Positions 22,776 to 37,139 of a DNA stretch of 64,000 bases are shown here, in pieces. Below the pieces are notes generated by a model that was not told the origin of the DNA, made no database searches, and was given only the letters and a program-made list of their open reading frames with translations. This DNA is from Lama glama (lineage: Eukaryota). Where the stretch lies: assembly GCA_028534125.1 (NCBI GenBank), contig CM052816.1, positions 77,750,001 to 77,814,000 on the forward strand, read 5' to 3'. A program made the translations under genes and the position numbers. How positions within the stretch are numbered: position 1 is the stretch's first letter; every line of letters starts with the position of its first letter.

Positions 22776-23479
22776 CCTTGTTATCAAGAAACTTACAATT
22801 TATTTGAGAACAGGTTAAAATGCAAAAAAAAATTGCACAATTAAGTTAAAGTACAGGTAAAGACAACAACATCTAAGAAATTAGGATAACCAGACAGAAA
22901 TCATTCTAAAATTTGGAGGATAGAAAAATGACTTAATTCTGTGAGCCTGGAACAGGAGGACTTGAGCTATGTCTTTAAGGTTACCAGGATTTTGATAGGT
23001 GTAGAACAGAAGGGAAGTCATTCTGGGTAGCAAGGTTGCAACAATGATCAGAGGGCAAAATGCAAAGCATCTGGAAGTCATCTTTGTAAAAGAACCATAA
23101 CTCTTTAAAGAGAAGTATATTAGGACTGGTGGTAAGAGAAGGGCACAGTGAGATGTGGAGGCCACTCAGGTGAGTCCAGCTTTTCTGGGAAGCATGAAGG
23201 CAATAGGATTTGGCCCTTCCAGGAATTGCAACAGCAATGACAGCTTCTGATTTATCAGTTTCTGACAAGCACAGAGGCAACCTGGTTCTGAGACCCACTG
23301 TGGCAGCATCTTTCTGAGCAGGTCAGTTCTACAGTGTGATTCTTGGAAACCCAGCCTAGAGAATTCTTTCTGCATTCCCAACAATTCTGTAAGCTAATAT
23401 CCCTTAACAAATACCTTTCTGCTTAAATTAGCAAAAGCAAATTCTGTTGTTTGCAACAAAGAGCCCTAATACATACATA

Positions 23480-23640
23480 TTTTCTTATTTAACATTCACA
23501 ACAATTTTACGAGTAGATGTTACTGTCCTCATCTGACAGGTGAGGAAACTGAAATTATGAGGTTAAATAAATTGTCCAAGGTTTTCCAGTAAGTATGTGG
23601 TTGGGCCCAGCTTAGAAGCTAGGACAATCTCACTCCTAAA
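23480..23640 (-). mobile_element. MIR SINE
   Basis: acaggtgaggaaactgaa..gaggttaaataaattgtccaagg. Confidence 0.75.
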
Positions 23641-26600
23641 CCCATGCCATTTCCCTAAAATCATAACTGTTTCCCAAAGGCAGAGACATGGATGAGCCTC
23701 AATATTTTCCATATGAGCATGGGTATCTGCAAACAGAATAGTTTCCATAATGGGTCGTGAAATATTACACTCAGACCCTGGACTGAAATGCATGGTATTA
23801 GATGTGAATCATTCCCGTAGTAGAAAATAACCATAAAGTGGAAAGTTGCCTGCAGGTCATGCTAAAGGCAGGCAATGATGAGTGCCTGGAGCCAGAGGGC
23901 CATCCTAGCTCTGCCTAACTCTACAGTCTCTGATTGTTTACAGATTTAACAACTAAACTCAACAATCATCTCTACGACCTCATAAATAAATTCAAGGCTA
24001 CACCATAAAGCAAGTTTTGCCTTACTCAACCTATGTTGTCCCTTATATTGAATTTAATCATCTCATGAAGGTTAAGTTCTTCTCCCAAAATAACATCAGC
24101 AATTTAACCACCTTTCAGCTTCAAGACCAATTTTATTAGTCATATTCAGTAGACAGTAGCCAAGAGTGTGCATTTATAAGACCAAGTGTCCACGGTTAAA
24201 AGAAAGATCTATGGCAGGATAAGAAAATAAATGATACAGTATGACCATTACCTCCTACTAAGCCCAAGGAAACATGACTGTCCTGAACTCTGGACCATAG
24301 GTTTCCCCTTGGTGAACTAGCAGGAAGACTCACAGTCTACGAGTCTTCAGTGCAACCATTTGTACCTACCACAACTAGATTTATGAAACTCTGCCAGAGA
24401 ATGACTTAGGCTCCAGGGAAAAGAGAACTTACCCTCTGACCTCAACACTTCAAACCTGACTTCACACCAGTTTAAAACACTTTATGGCGCCCTTCCATTC
24501 ATATAGTGTTCTTCAGGATGTTTCTCTCTGTCCTCAGTTCCATCTTGAGCACAGCTGACAAATGCTGCCCGGACACATAGCTGTCTCCCGAGAGGAGCCC
24601 CGTACTTTTTAAACAGCTTTGCTTTGTGACCTGACCTACAGGCAGGCTGCACACTTCAGTGCACTGACAGCTAAGTCATGTCTTTTGTCCCAGGCACACA
24701 GATACAGCCGGGTAGGGAAAGTTCAAATGGAATGCTCACATTTCAAAACCTAAATAAATGGCTCACACCAGAGGCCCAGTGCACTTAAGTCTGGAAGACA
24801 AAACCTCCCAAAGAAAAGAGTGACCCAAAGGGTACTATTCAGAAATCCCTACAGGACCTTGTTAATAAGACGGCTACACCTGGAGGGCTGAGTGAGGCAG
24901 ATCTACTACCAACAGGAGACCAGATGTCCTGCACAGGGCAGGACATGGTGATAGTCTTACCTCCCATTCCTTCCTGACTTGATCCCTAAATATCCTTCTG
25001 ACAGGTTTTTTCCCCACTGAGCCCTCTTCCTTTTCTCCTTCCTTTTTCTTTCCTTTATCCCTCTTCTCTATTATACTCTGTACTTCTTATTCCTCCAGCC
25101 TTTTCTCATATTTCCTGGTTCTGTAGTTCCTACTTTTCTTATACTTGAAACCCTTTTCTTTTCTTCCAGTTTTCCAAAGAACTTTAACAGCTGGTCCCAT
25201 CTGTTTCTCCTAAATGACCCTCCCTTCTTTAATCACACTCATTTTCTCTCTGATTCCACCTGCCTTTAACAAGCTGGACCCTACAATCTCCACACCCTGA
25301 ATCCTACTAACACACCTTGGGACAGGGGTGACCAGGGGCCCTGGACTCTATCACTCTTTAAACACCAGCCACAGATAGCAGACTCACTATTATGTTACCA
25401 ACCTTTATCCTTTTTCTGCAGTTATCTGGGTTTTTTTTAGACTTACTTTTTGATATTTAACTCATTTCAAACTTTCACGGTTTTACAACCAGGTAATGCA
25501 TGATCACTGTAGAAGACTTAGTCACAACGGATAAGTAGAAAGACAGAAATAAAAAGTCGTCTGCAATTCCACCCTTCAGAGAATACCCCTGTGTTTCATG
25601 ACTGACTTGATGAACACAGTTTTAAAGATACAAAGATGCATGAGAAAGACATTGCTCTTGCTCTTAGAGAGCCTACATCCAGTGGGGAAGAAAACAGAAT
25701 AAGCAAATACAATACAGCATATTTAGAAAACAGCAAAAATCAATAGGAGCAAGGACAAATAATTCACACTTTGGGAAACTGTCCTCGAGAAAGTGTCATC
25801 TAAGATGGGCCCTGAAAGCTCAGCAGGAATTCACAAAAGAGGGAAAGGGAACTTCCCATGGTAAGTCCTTAAAGACAGATGGAATTTGGCACTTTCAAAG
25901 AACCAAAGGGTACAATATGGCTGAAAGCAAGAGGAAGGGAGGGGCCAGAGGGCAGAGGGCCTTGTAAGCCACATGAAGAATGGGAACTTTGAAGGGTATT
26001 TGCAAGGAAATGACATAGAGCCACAAGCCTAAGAGATAGAACCACCATATGCAATAGGTGCAACCCTTATAATCAGAACCTTAACAGGAAAGAGGGGATG
26101 GAGGGAGGGAGGGAGACATAGGTAGCAGAAGCAGTAGAACCAGGATACAGTCTCAGGCAGTCAGCTGTGCTATACTCTCTCTCATCATGTCTGCTACATT
26201 CTCCAAAGAATTCTAAACATTCTGGGTGATCAACTAAGAAACTCAGAAAGATAGGTTTTGATGCGAACTATACAGTTTCCTTATCATGATGGAATTAGCC
26301 TTTTGCCTTGGACATGAGGAGTGGTTGACTCCCTGGTTGCAGAAATGGGTAAGTTCGAACTGTGTGTGAAGAGAGAACTTTTAAGGGACACTCCACAAGC
26401 ACTCTCAGTACCCATGACCAGAAATGATAATGTGAAATTATCAAGGTTGCTGTTTCGACTGTCTCCAAATCACAACTGATTATTCAACCTCATGCTTTCA
26501 TTTCTCCATTTCTCTGTGCAGCTCTTTTTGCAGTGTTTCTAAATAATAATAATAAATATTATTATTATTACTACTACTATTATTATTATTATTAAAAGTT

Positions 26601-26944
26601 AGTCCAGACCCGAAACAAGCTTATAATCTCCCTACTTTCAACAATGCCTTTTCTATTACTCATTGACACCAGGGCAATTTCTGTTGCTCATGAAAGCAAT
26701 ACAGTCAATATAATTGTTTGGACTTGAGACTTAAGATTAGACAAGGGGTCCTTAAATTTTTTCTATGGAAACTCAGAAAAAAAAGGACTATACTTCATAC
26801 TGAGATCTAGTACAAACATAAATGTCTACATAATTGAAAGTTTGAAGAAACATAGTTACCACTACAACACATGATGCCGGCATCCATTTTCTTTTCCATT
26901 TCATTCCATTCTATTTTATTTCCATTTATTCTATTATATTCCAC

Positions 26945-27515
26945 TGTGAATTGGAATGACCATTTTGGGAAAATCTTTGGGAGGATTCACTAAAGTGGAA
27001 CATGCCATATCCAGTAACCCAACAATTTCTCTCCTAGGTACATATTCGGGGGCAATGAGTACATGTGTCCACCACTGGACTTGTTTAGGATGTTCACAGA
27101 AGTGAATGAAGAACTGAACAGAAGAAATGTTCATAAATATCGAAAACTACCCAAAGGTTCATCAACAGTGGAATGGATAAATAAGTGTGGCTATAGTCAT
27201 ACATAAAGCACCACAATTGTTTGCAATAATATAAATTTCCCACACATAGTATTAGATACAAAAGAGTTCCTACCTTATGATTCTAGTTATATAAAGTTCA
27301 AAACCAGCCAAAACAAAAATCTATGCTGTTCTAAGTCAGGACAGTGGGTTACCTTTGGAGGGATAGTGATTTGAAGAACTCATGATGTGGGGGGCTTCCA
27401 GGGAGCTGGTGCTTCTTGACCTAGGTGCTGGTTACATGGATGTGTTCAATTTGTGGAGATGCATCAAGCTGTATGTGCACTTTTCTGTATGTAAACCACA
27501 CTTCAGTAAAACAGT
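26945..27515 (+). mobile_element. Old L1 (L1M-type) 3' fragment
   Basis: acccaacaatttctctcctaggta..aactacccaaaggttcatcaacagtggaatggataaataag. Confidence 0.8.
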
Positions 27516-30500
27516 AAGAAAAAATACTGGTCACAAACCATTAAATTGGATTTTCCCACTCACTAATCACTCGCAAGCTGAAATTTGAAATACCCTAATT
27601 AGATACCAAGAACACTAAGGGAAGACATACAGTGACATATCAAACTATATATATTTTATTCAGAATCAAAAAGAAAGCTCAAAAGTCTTACATATGAACC
27701 ATAAGATGCAACCAAAATAAAAAGCCAGAAAAAATAAAACAGCTAAAATAAAATAAAAATATACTGTCCCTCCTTACTTGATTTTTAATAACTTTACAGC
27801 TGCTTTCAATTCAAATTTTTATTGAATCTTACATATTAATCTACACTTGCTGCCAATCACTCTGTTAAGAAACACACAGTTTTGAATATGCTTACCCAGC
27901 TTTTTCCATAGTATCCAAGCTACTAGTCTCTTAATGAAACAGTCAAGAGCAGCTCACTGGTAAAGGGACTCTCCCCTAACGCTCTCTTTATGGCTGTGCC
28001 TTTCACGTTGGAATCTGCTTTTCCCCTCAGAGCTTCCATCTATGACAACACGTCCTCAGAATCTCCAACCTGCTCTAACCCATTCTGGAGGTGAGAAGAG
28101 AGATGACCCAACCATGGCTGATTACAATCAACATTCACACATTCATCAATGAGTGTGGTGCTGGGTATTTTAAAGGGACCCAGATGTATTTCTATTCACA
28201 ACCATTATCTTTCTCAAGCAAAAGGTAGATGACAAGCTACACTGCATATGATTTTTGTTTTCCAAACAGCAGACCGTCACACACATATATATGGCAGATG
28301 TCTTCCAGGACATTTCTTGGCTGACATCTTTATTCCGTGATTCCTTGAGAGTTTCCTTCAAATTCCGCAGAGTGGTAAGATCTCCAGATGAAGGCAGTCC
28401 AGCTATCTTGGGAGAGGGGTTTCTATTTTAGCTGGCGTGTGTCAACTCAGCAGGGGCCACAGATGCCACTGCTTGGCTTGAGTTCCCCGCAACGCCTCAC
28501 TGTGGAACTGACAAAGGTCTTCGGGGCTTTAGAATCTCTTCGGAAACCTAGATTGCATCAGTTTCCGAGAATATCTGACTTGGTCTGGCTGCCCGAAATC
28601 TCTGCTCGAGTCCCCCTTCCTCTTCCCATCTGTCTAAACACAAGGGCAAGAGATACGCTGTACATGATTCCAAGCCAAGACTCAGAGCAACGTTCTTCAA
28701 ACTCAGAGTCAACAGTGAGAACGACATGAAACAAACGCAACCTACTTTTGACAAAAGCTGAATTTAAATTTTTTCTCTGCTAAAAGTACAGTTGAAAAAT
28801 GAAATCTTTCCATATGGCTTTATTTTCCTCTGTATAAAAGGATTAGACTGAATTCTGCTCTATATTTTTTTAAAAACTGAGCTCTAGGTACATAGTGCTG
28901 ACATATACACTAAAGTCATCTGGAAAAAATACAAGCTACTATAACAAATGCCAAATGCCAGAAGTAGCCAGTTTCATTCTATTGAGACAAATAGATTGAA
29001 GGGGAAATGTGTTTAGTTGACAGAGTGAATAGAGAAAATGGATCTCCCATTGTCAAATACACCGTTACCAGACGTGACGGTTGGGAAGCTCTGAAACATT
29101 GCATTTTGCACACAAGAGAAACTTAAAAGCCTTCAAATGAACCTATTTCAAAAGCTTCTTATACCCAAGAATGAGATGGTTCACACCAGGCTGTTTACAT
29201 TAGATATTCCTCTTTAATTCTTGAGAGAAAGGTAAGCCATCCTTTCCTGAAGAGGTATACTTTCACACAAAGTTTTGAATCTCAAATACAGAGAAAGAGC
29301 ACATTTCATAAAAAGAACTTCTAGCACCTAATGTTCAAAACACCCGGTCTGGGTCTCCCTTTTACAAGAGCACAGTTGTATTAGAGCCCAGACATTTGAG
29401 TTTATATAGCCAACTTGTAAAAGAACCACATTTCCTTTTGGAATACAATACAGCTACAAACAAAAAAAGCTCTCATATTTCCTCCAGTTATTTGCCAAAC
29501 GGCCATATCCTCACACTGATAACAGAGCCTAGAGGAATCCAGACACCCCTAGGAAAAGGAGCAAGGATAAAAAGTGAGGCTAATCAAATCGTTCTCTCCC
29601 ATTCGCCATAGAATAAATCTAAAAAGAAAGAAAGGGGAAAGCATTTCTAAGATAAAAGGTCATACTATAAAATAGAAAGATTTGTTTCTTTCTTTAATAT
29701 GTCTTTCATTTTTCTATTTGGCTAAGAATCAGGGCCTTATTTTTGCTGTAACACAAGAAGGCATTTCACCAAGGCCCTGAATTGCCCATAAATTTTTAAA
29801 AAGCACTTCGTGGGCTCGTTAGCATAATCCCTACAGTCTTGGCTCTTTCAAATAGCAGACTAATTCCATTGCCTTCCATTCTGCCACCAAATTCTGCCTC
29901 TCTCCATCGCTACCATTTCTCCTACTTTGTTTTGTCTTTCCCTTCAGTAAACTCAACACCCTGGTAATTCAATCTCCTGTTCAATGTCATGGTTGAATCA
30001 AATCGCTGTCACTCAAAATATAACCCGAGGCTTGAACTATGGCATGGTTGAATGATCAGGGCAAATATCCCCAAATCTGGAATTTCTGGGTTTTCAGCCA
30101 GTGAGCTCTTAAGTGGCTTTAGAAAAGATCTTCTCTCTGCCTCATGAGAACAGGTCAAATCCTGTTTGTACTGCCTGGGACTCCATAGAGTAGGACGCTG
30201 CAGGCGAGGAGAACGCCACCTGGGACTGGGCTCCTCATGGGTTAGGGGAGAATTGGTCATAATGGGATTTAAGCAGCAAATTGGCGACAGCAGCTCTGAC
30301 CTCACAAGATGGACATGGGAATTAACAAATAATAGAAAAGCTTAACAAAATGTCATTTTCACACCAGGATAGAAATCAGAAAAGACCAGAAGGGAGCTCT
30401 GTTTAAAGATGTCTTTACTCATGCAGTATAAATAGTTAGATTTCCCAGGAAAAAAAAAAATTTTCCATTCCCACCACTAGCTCTACTTAAACAAGTCTGA

Positions 30501-33500
30501 AGGCCAATAAAAACACAGTGTTGGTTTACAAGGGTTAGGAGAAATGAAGGAAGATGGTGAATCTTCCTTGAGTTCAGAAGTTTAAAGAGGAAATCCTAAG
30601 GGTGGGAAGTGACAAATTGTATTGATACTGACTTTTTTTTTTTATAACAATTCAAGACATGAACCAGGACCAAGCATGTTCTACAAACGTTATTAGACAA
30701 AGAGTAGAATCTATCCTAAGGACTTTGATAGGACACCTGAAGAAACAGGGCCAGATCAAGAATTCAGAGTTAACAAACATACAAATGACTGCAGCCAACC
30801 AACCTGATGGGCATTTGCTGTGCACTGTGAAAGGAGTTTGCAAAGGAACCCAGAAGTTGAAATTGGTGTTAGGAAGACACCCGACAGGATCCAGAGCTAA
30901 GACGCCCTGCTCAGTGATCAGACCTTTGCCTAGCAAAGTCACTCCAGAGGTGAAAGGGGGCAATCGGATCGGTCTTGGCCGACTCCTATCACAAAGGAGG
31001 CACTCCATAAATCTTGGCAGAATTGAACTGTTGAAATAAACCACACACAGATTGAAGAACTGGGATTTTTCAAATTAGAACAGCTGCCTTTATGAGTTGC
31101 CCTGCTCAAACAGAGGATGTGGAAAGGCAGGGACAGCAGAACTAAATAGTCTCTCCTGCAACTAACAGTAAAATCAGAGGGAAAGCAAACAGCCAGAGAG
31201 CAGACAACCAAAATCAAATGGACGTGGACCACTTAAGTAATTGGGTCAGGGGATAGTAAATGCAGTTCAATTTAGGATAATGTTAAATAAATTGCTTTAA
31301 GAAAGAACCGAGGGAATACAGGTTAAATGGAACCACCATGTAGGAGATTGATCCGCAAATCACAATAAAGAAAATCGTTGAAACTAAGTACCGGCGCATT
31401 ACCAACATCAGTAAAAAGGCCACAGCGACGCTACCAGTGAAAATGCAAATAGACCCACTCAGACCACGGAGCATCTGTCCTCACTCATGCGCTTCTCTCT
31501 GCCTTCCTGTGCCAGTGAAGCGAAGCACTTCCCAAGCAGCTCTCCTGACTTTATATATTTCAAGATTACTATGGGCTTCCCCTAATTTCTCTCTGGATTC
31601 CCTTCTTTTTGCTTACAGAAATAAGCAGCTACATTTGCAGATCAGATGGATATGTTAGAAAAAACGTTACTACCCACTTGTCAAATTCTTTGGCAGCCCA
31701 TGACATGTGGCTCCGGGAACCCCTGTGCCACAGGTAGAGGGCTTTCTCCTGAAGAAGGGGGAGTAGGGGAGGCATTAAGGCAATGCTGACCCTCTGGGTA
31801 AAGCGAAGTAAAACTCAGAGCAAACCAAGCCCACACTTTCCCCAGAAACAGAGGGAGTTGGAAATGACCAGATTGGCATCAGTTTATTTGAATGTAAATC
31901 TGATTTCTTTAGTCGTGGACCAGAATGGGGATATCAGTTCATTGCAACGGACATTTGTGGAGCCGTATGCCAGACACCGTGGTGGGTGCTGAGGGTCCTA
32001 CAATGACTGAGTTGCCCACCCTGCCCCTCAGAGACCCACAGTCAGATAATTACAGCACAAAGCACAGGGCAAGAACAATTTCTGCTGTGTATAAGGCAAT
32101 CACACACATTCCCTGCAGACCTGGTTTGGACATAAATTTGGAACAAGTTTTCAAAACCACAGACATTAAAAAAGATTTGTTAATGTTTTATTGGCATCTC
32201 GAAGGACAAACAGGGTGATGAACTCTAATCATTTGCTAAACAAACAATGGCCTGTTCTTGCCAGTAAGTCAAAAAAGCGAGCAAGTATTCCAGCCAACTT
32301 CCTTTCTCAGCTCAAATCCGTCTCATTTCACTCCAGTCTTGAAAGAGTTTGCTCTCCCAGACAGCTGAGGCTCACCTGGGTTCTTAAAAGCAGCAGGGAT
32401 AACCCATCCAGACTAATTAGTGTCGGAATTTCATCAGCTCCAGGAAAACCAATTTTGTGCAAGTAAGCATGGGCATGAGAGTCTAAGAGAGGGGTTTGGG
32501 TCTTGCCTCTACAATGTATCAGCTGTTTCTTAGTCTGTCCCAACCTCAACCTACTCATCATTATAATGGTAATAGTAACGTCTCATTGTTGACTTGTTCC
32601 TTGCACTAAATAAGGTAATATATGTAACACAGTGTCTAGCATATAACTCAATTAATGTAATGTTAAGACTCAATCCATGCTGTGACTCCTATCAAATGCT
32701 GGGAGAAAAAATGTCCCTACATACCATTCTTCCGTGCAGAATGTCTCTAAAGTGTAGGAGACAATGGAAATGGCCTCGGCTGGGCATGGAATGCTAAGGG
32801 ATACCTAAGCTTCCATCCTGTGAGTAAAAACACACAGTGTCTGTGACGGGGAAGCCATCCGTCCTTCTCACAAATACTTTCAGAGTCATCTTTCTCCAAG
32901 CAATCTTAGAAAGGAGAAGCTTTTGGCATATTCCATATGAGGTTTTTGTCAAAGATGAATCGTGTCCCAGCCACAGTGAAAGAATCAAATATGGTAGAGT
33001 TTGGCCAGAAGGTAAGAACAGAGTGAAAGGGAAAAAAAACCAATACTATGGTCATTCTCATTATAGAATTTTATAGAAGAATTTTATAGAAGAGAGAGGT
33101 TGAATAGCTTGCCAAAGACACACAGCATTTCAGAAGTAAAGCTCATGAGGGATGTGCTTCAATTTCCAGCCCTGTGTTCATATCACGTGCTCTAGGAACT
33201 AAGTCTGCCTTTTTCATTGTCATAACCTTAACACCTAGCCCCTAGCAATACGCAGAGCCTGCACCTCCCGGCAGTGACTAGCAACCCTTCACCATGGCAC
33301 TCAGTAAGTGCTTGCAATAAATAAGCTAAAGAAAGGTAAAATTAAAATCATCCAGCAGCACAGAGCCTGCACTGAAACCAAAACCTAATAAAATAGAGAG
33401 AGAGAAAAGGACCCATCCTGTTCCAAAGCAGAAAAAATGAAACGTTTTGTTCCAAACTAGCAAAAACTGTCAGGTTTCCCCATTCCCACCCAATTGTTAC

Positions 33501-35739
33501 CTTGTTATATTTTTCTATGACTTTTTTTTTTCAGGACAATTTGCTATCCATTCTCAAAAGCAACTCTCTCAATAAAATAGATTTCATCATGATTCAAACT
33601 TACAAATTCTTTTAGTAAAGAAACACCAGACAAACACTAGGAGAGCTAAGACTTCGGTGCCAAACAACCAAACAGATGTGATTCCTACCACTTCCTACCT
33701 TTCCAAAAGACATGATTAATGGGGAATTATAGGAATATTCTAATTCTTGTTGAAAAGCTTGATCGATTTATTGGTGCTTGAGGCCAAACAATAACCAGGC
33801 CCACATTTCAAACCACTGCAGATGACCCAGAATCTGGGGCTCATCATGATTCTATTCTTTGCTACAAGACTGGTGCCAAGAAAATTTCCTCCAAGTTCAG
33901 TAATCCTTCGCTTCTGGCTAAATTCTACATGCTTTCCCTTTGCTCCTGCCTTGGGTTAAGACTTCCTGCAGCAGCCTTGTAAATGACTCCCATCTTCGGA
34001 GGATTCTCTGATGTTTCACTGTGTCTCTGAGTCCCACCCTTAGAACAATATCCACTTTCTACCCAAACAGGACCTGGTACAGAAGTCTCAGCCCAGCATT
34101 CATCACCCCAGGAAACCATCACTGCTCCTTCTGCCCCTGGACTACATTAGGTTCTCGTGTTCTTTGTTCTCATAGTATGTGTATCTCCCCAACTGCAACA
34201 TCTTCACGTGTTACTAATTTCTATTTAACTGCCTATCTTTCCAACTGGACTGTATGACCATGAGGAAAACATCATATCCTCAGTACATGGTGGTTGTTAC
34301 GTAAATGAATGCCTCCCAAAGTTTTATCAGCCCTGAACGTCCAAATTTCATTCCTTCTTCCTGAGAGAAACCACAGCATTTTTACTTCAGCTGTCTCCTG
34401 ATATCCATTCTAATTTTTGCTTTTTTGGGGGTAACTGAACCCCAGGAGTTTGGGCAGGGAACAAAGCCACACAGCTTGAGATGTTTTCAGCTTCCTTCGT
34501 AGCTACGCTCTGGTCACCTGAGAGTTGGTGATATGTTCAACATCCAGGTTGTGTCATTAAAAAAAGCTGCTGCTCCTCATATTGCTCCTTCTCCTTCCGA
34601 AAGGTTGGAAAGCAACCACAGTGGTGGTGAGACAGCTTCATCCAGAGAGATGAGGACAGCAACCTGACAGATGGCAGAACCACAAGACAGAAGAAACCTA
34701 GTCCTTGGTGACCTTAGAGAGTAGACCCGCCTACCCACCCTGGACTGTCCACCTGTTTCTAGACTTAGATCAGAGAGAAGCAAACTTGTGTATTGTTCAT
34801 GCCTCTGAATTTTGGTCTCTCTCTTTTAGCATCTTGAACTGAACCTTTAATAATTCACATCAGTTGTAAATTTCTACAACTTAATTTTGCCTACAGAAGG
34901 AGACATTTTTGAAGTTTCCCATTCCCGTATCCAACTACTGTTATCACTACCACCATGGATACTGGAAACTCACAATCATCTACTATTCATGGAGCTACTA
35001 TCTAAGAGCAATAATTTAGTAGGATATAACTATGTTTACCATCTGCACTAAATAGTTTGCTTACTTAACTGATGGTTGCTGTCTTAATTTGGAGTTGTAA
35101 AAAATTATGCTAAATGATACAAGCTGGCAGAGTGACAAACTATTCTTCTTGACATCAATTTGGAGCATGGAGAGTCCTTCTGTATAAACAGTGTATTCCA
35201 CTAGGTCTAAGGCATTGCTCAATATTTGTTATTCATCTATAAGACCTTAGAAGAAACACAGCTGATTTTCATAGGGTGCTTGTAATCAGTCGTGGGTCTT
35301 CAAGCCACACCTTGTATATTTGGATGTTTTAGAAAATCAATATTTTGCTGTTAAAAACAGTAAGTCCCAAGGGGCATTACAACAGACTTGGTCCTGCTCT
35401 TTCTTTTTCATAGTTCTGAAAACTTGAAGTCAGACAGAATGCTCATAAAGCTCGTAATGTCTCAGCTTTTAAAGCTTTTAAAGACACATTCAGCTTGTCG
35501 TGAGTTAGACTCAACCTTTGCCACGGCTCATTTCCTGCAAAGAGACTCAGTGGTTTGTAGAGTTCTCCAGGTGTCCAAGATAGACCAGGTGGAAATAAAC
35601 CAAATTCCCTTCAAACACAAAAGCTTCTAGCTATAATCCCCCTTGGAGAATAGAGACTCATCTACAGGTAAGCTTTTCTGGCTTTTAACCCACTTAAGTT
35701 TCCGGTTAGAGCCACACTGGATACCATGTTCCCATTAGG

Positions 35740-36045
35740 ATATACTACAGGAATATCTACATCACTTTCTTTGGGTCTTTATCCAAATGTCATCTGACTA
35801 AGGAGGTCTTGCCTGCTCTCTCCATCTAATATTCCAGGCCTCCCGATACTCCCTATGCTTGTAATATTATCTAAGGTACTCTACATTTTACTGGTTTCTC
35901 TTTTTTACTATCTCCCCTAGTAGAATATAAACTCCACTGAGGGCAAGAAAGCACATCTTTTTATTTACTGCTATATTCCCAATACCTTGAACAGTACCTG
36001 ACACGCTGGGGAAGAAGGGACTTCAGGAAATACACATTGAATCAA
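35740..36045 (-). mobile_element. L2 3' fragment
   Basis: tagaatataaactccactgagggcaag..ctgctatattcccaataccttgaacagtacctgacac. Confidence 0.7.
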
Positions 36046-36315
36046 TAATGGTGGCCCTTTCGGAACATTTTACTGAGCACCTCAGCAGTGCACACTCTAA
36101 TCCTAGTGCTTGCTCCACGCTCTCATGTGCCAGCCACATTGCCTCAGACACAGCAAGTCCCCCACTTGCTTTGGTTTTTCTGTCTTATTTTATCCAAAGC
36201 CACAGATCAAGGAATTGGTAAGTAAGATGACACTGCAGGCAATAGAGAGTCTCAACCCAAATACTCTTAAACCAAAACAGACTTACTTCCTATCATCACT
36301 GAATAAGCTTTGTTT

Positions 36316-36800
36316 CTGTTACAGGTTGAATTCTGTTCCTCCAGAAAAAAAAACTTACATCCTAACCTCTAGTACCTCAAAATGTGACTTTATTTGGAAA
36401 TAGGGTCTTTACAGAGGTAATCAAGTTAAAATGGGCCCATTAGGGTGGGCTCTAATCCAATATGACTGGTGTCCTCATAAAAAGGGGAAAAATGGACACA
36501 GACATAGATGTGCACAGAGGGAAGGTGTGGAGACACAGGGGGAAGATGGTCACATGCCTAGAGTGATGCATCTACAAGCCCAGGGATGCCAGCGATGGTC
36601 AGCATGTACCAGAAGCCTGAAGAGGCAGGGAGGATTCCCGGCTGGAGGAATCAGAGGGCACTTGGCCCTGCTGACATTGTGATTTTAGACTTGTGGCCTC
36701 CAGAACTGTGAGACAGTTGAATTCATGATAGTTGAAATACTATGTTGCATTTAAGTCCCCTAGTTTTTAGCACTTTTATCACAGTGGCCCTAGGGCAGAC
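36316..36800 (+). mobile_element. MLT1 (MaLR) LTR
   Basis: tgttacaggttgaattctgttcc..gtacctcaaaatgtgactttatttggaaatagggtcttt..ggcctccagaactgtgaga. Confidence 0.9.
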
Positions 36801-37139
36801 AGCTCTGTATAAACCTTAATGCGGGGCTCAGTTCCTATGATAGGGACCCCCTTTCTCTGCCTCCAGTCTTGGCCACACGTCCTCAGGCTAAGGTGGTTCT
36901 TCTCACTACTCCCAACATGGTCACCTGCAATTTCCAAGGCCTCCTGCTTCTTCATATTTAATGAAGAAGAGAGAATCGGCTCTTGCAACAGCTGACTGAA
37001 GTCTGGGATTTGAGTCGAATTCCTGACATAGACTGATTAGAAGTCACGTGGCCAGATAGCAAATTGATGACCGTGTCCATGGGGAGAGACTGTGTCGATT
37101 ACTTTGAGCCAATAAAGGCCTTCCTCTTGAGATGGGGCA

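Noticed and set aside
35571..35667. Plus-strand exon candidate ending CAG|gtaagc
   Set aside because: Stops in all three frames and no partner exons.
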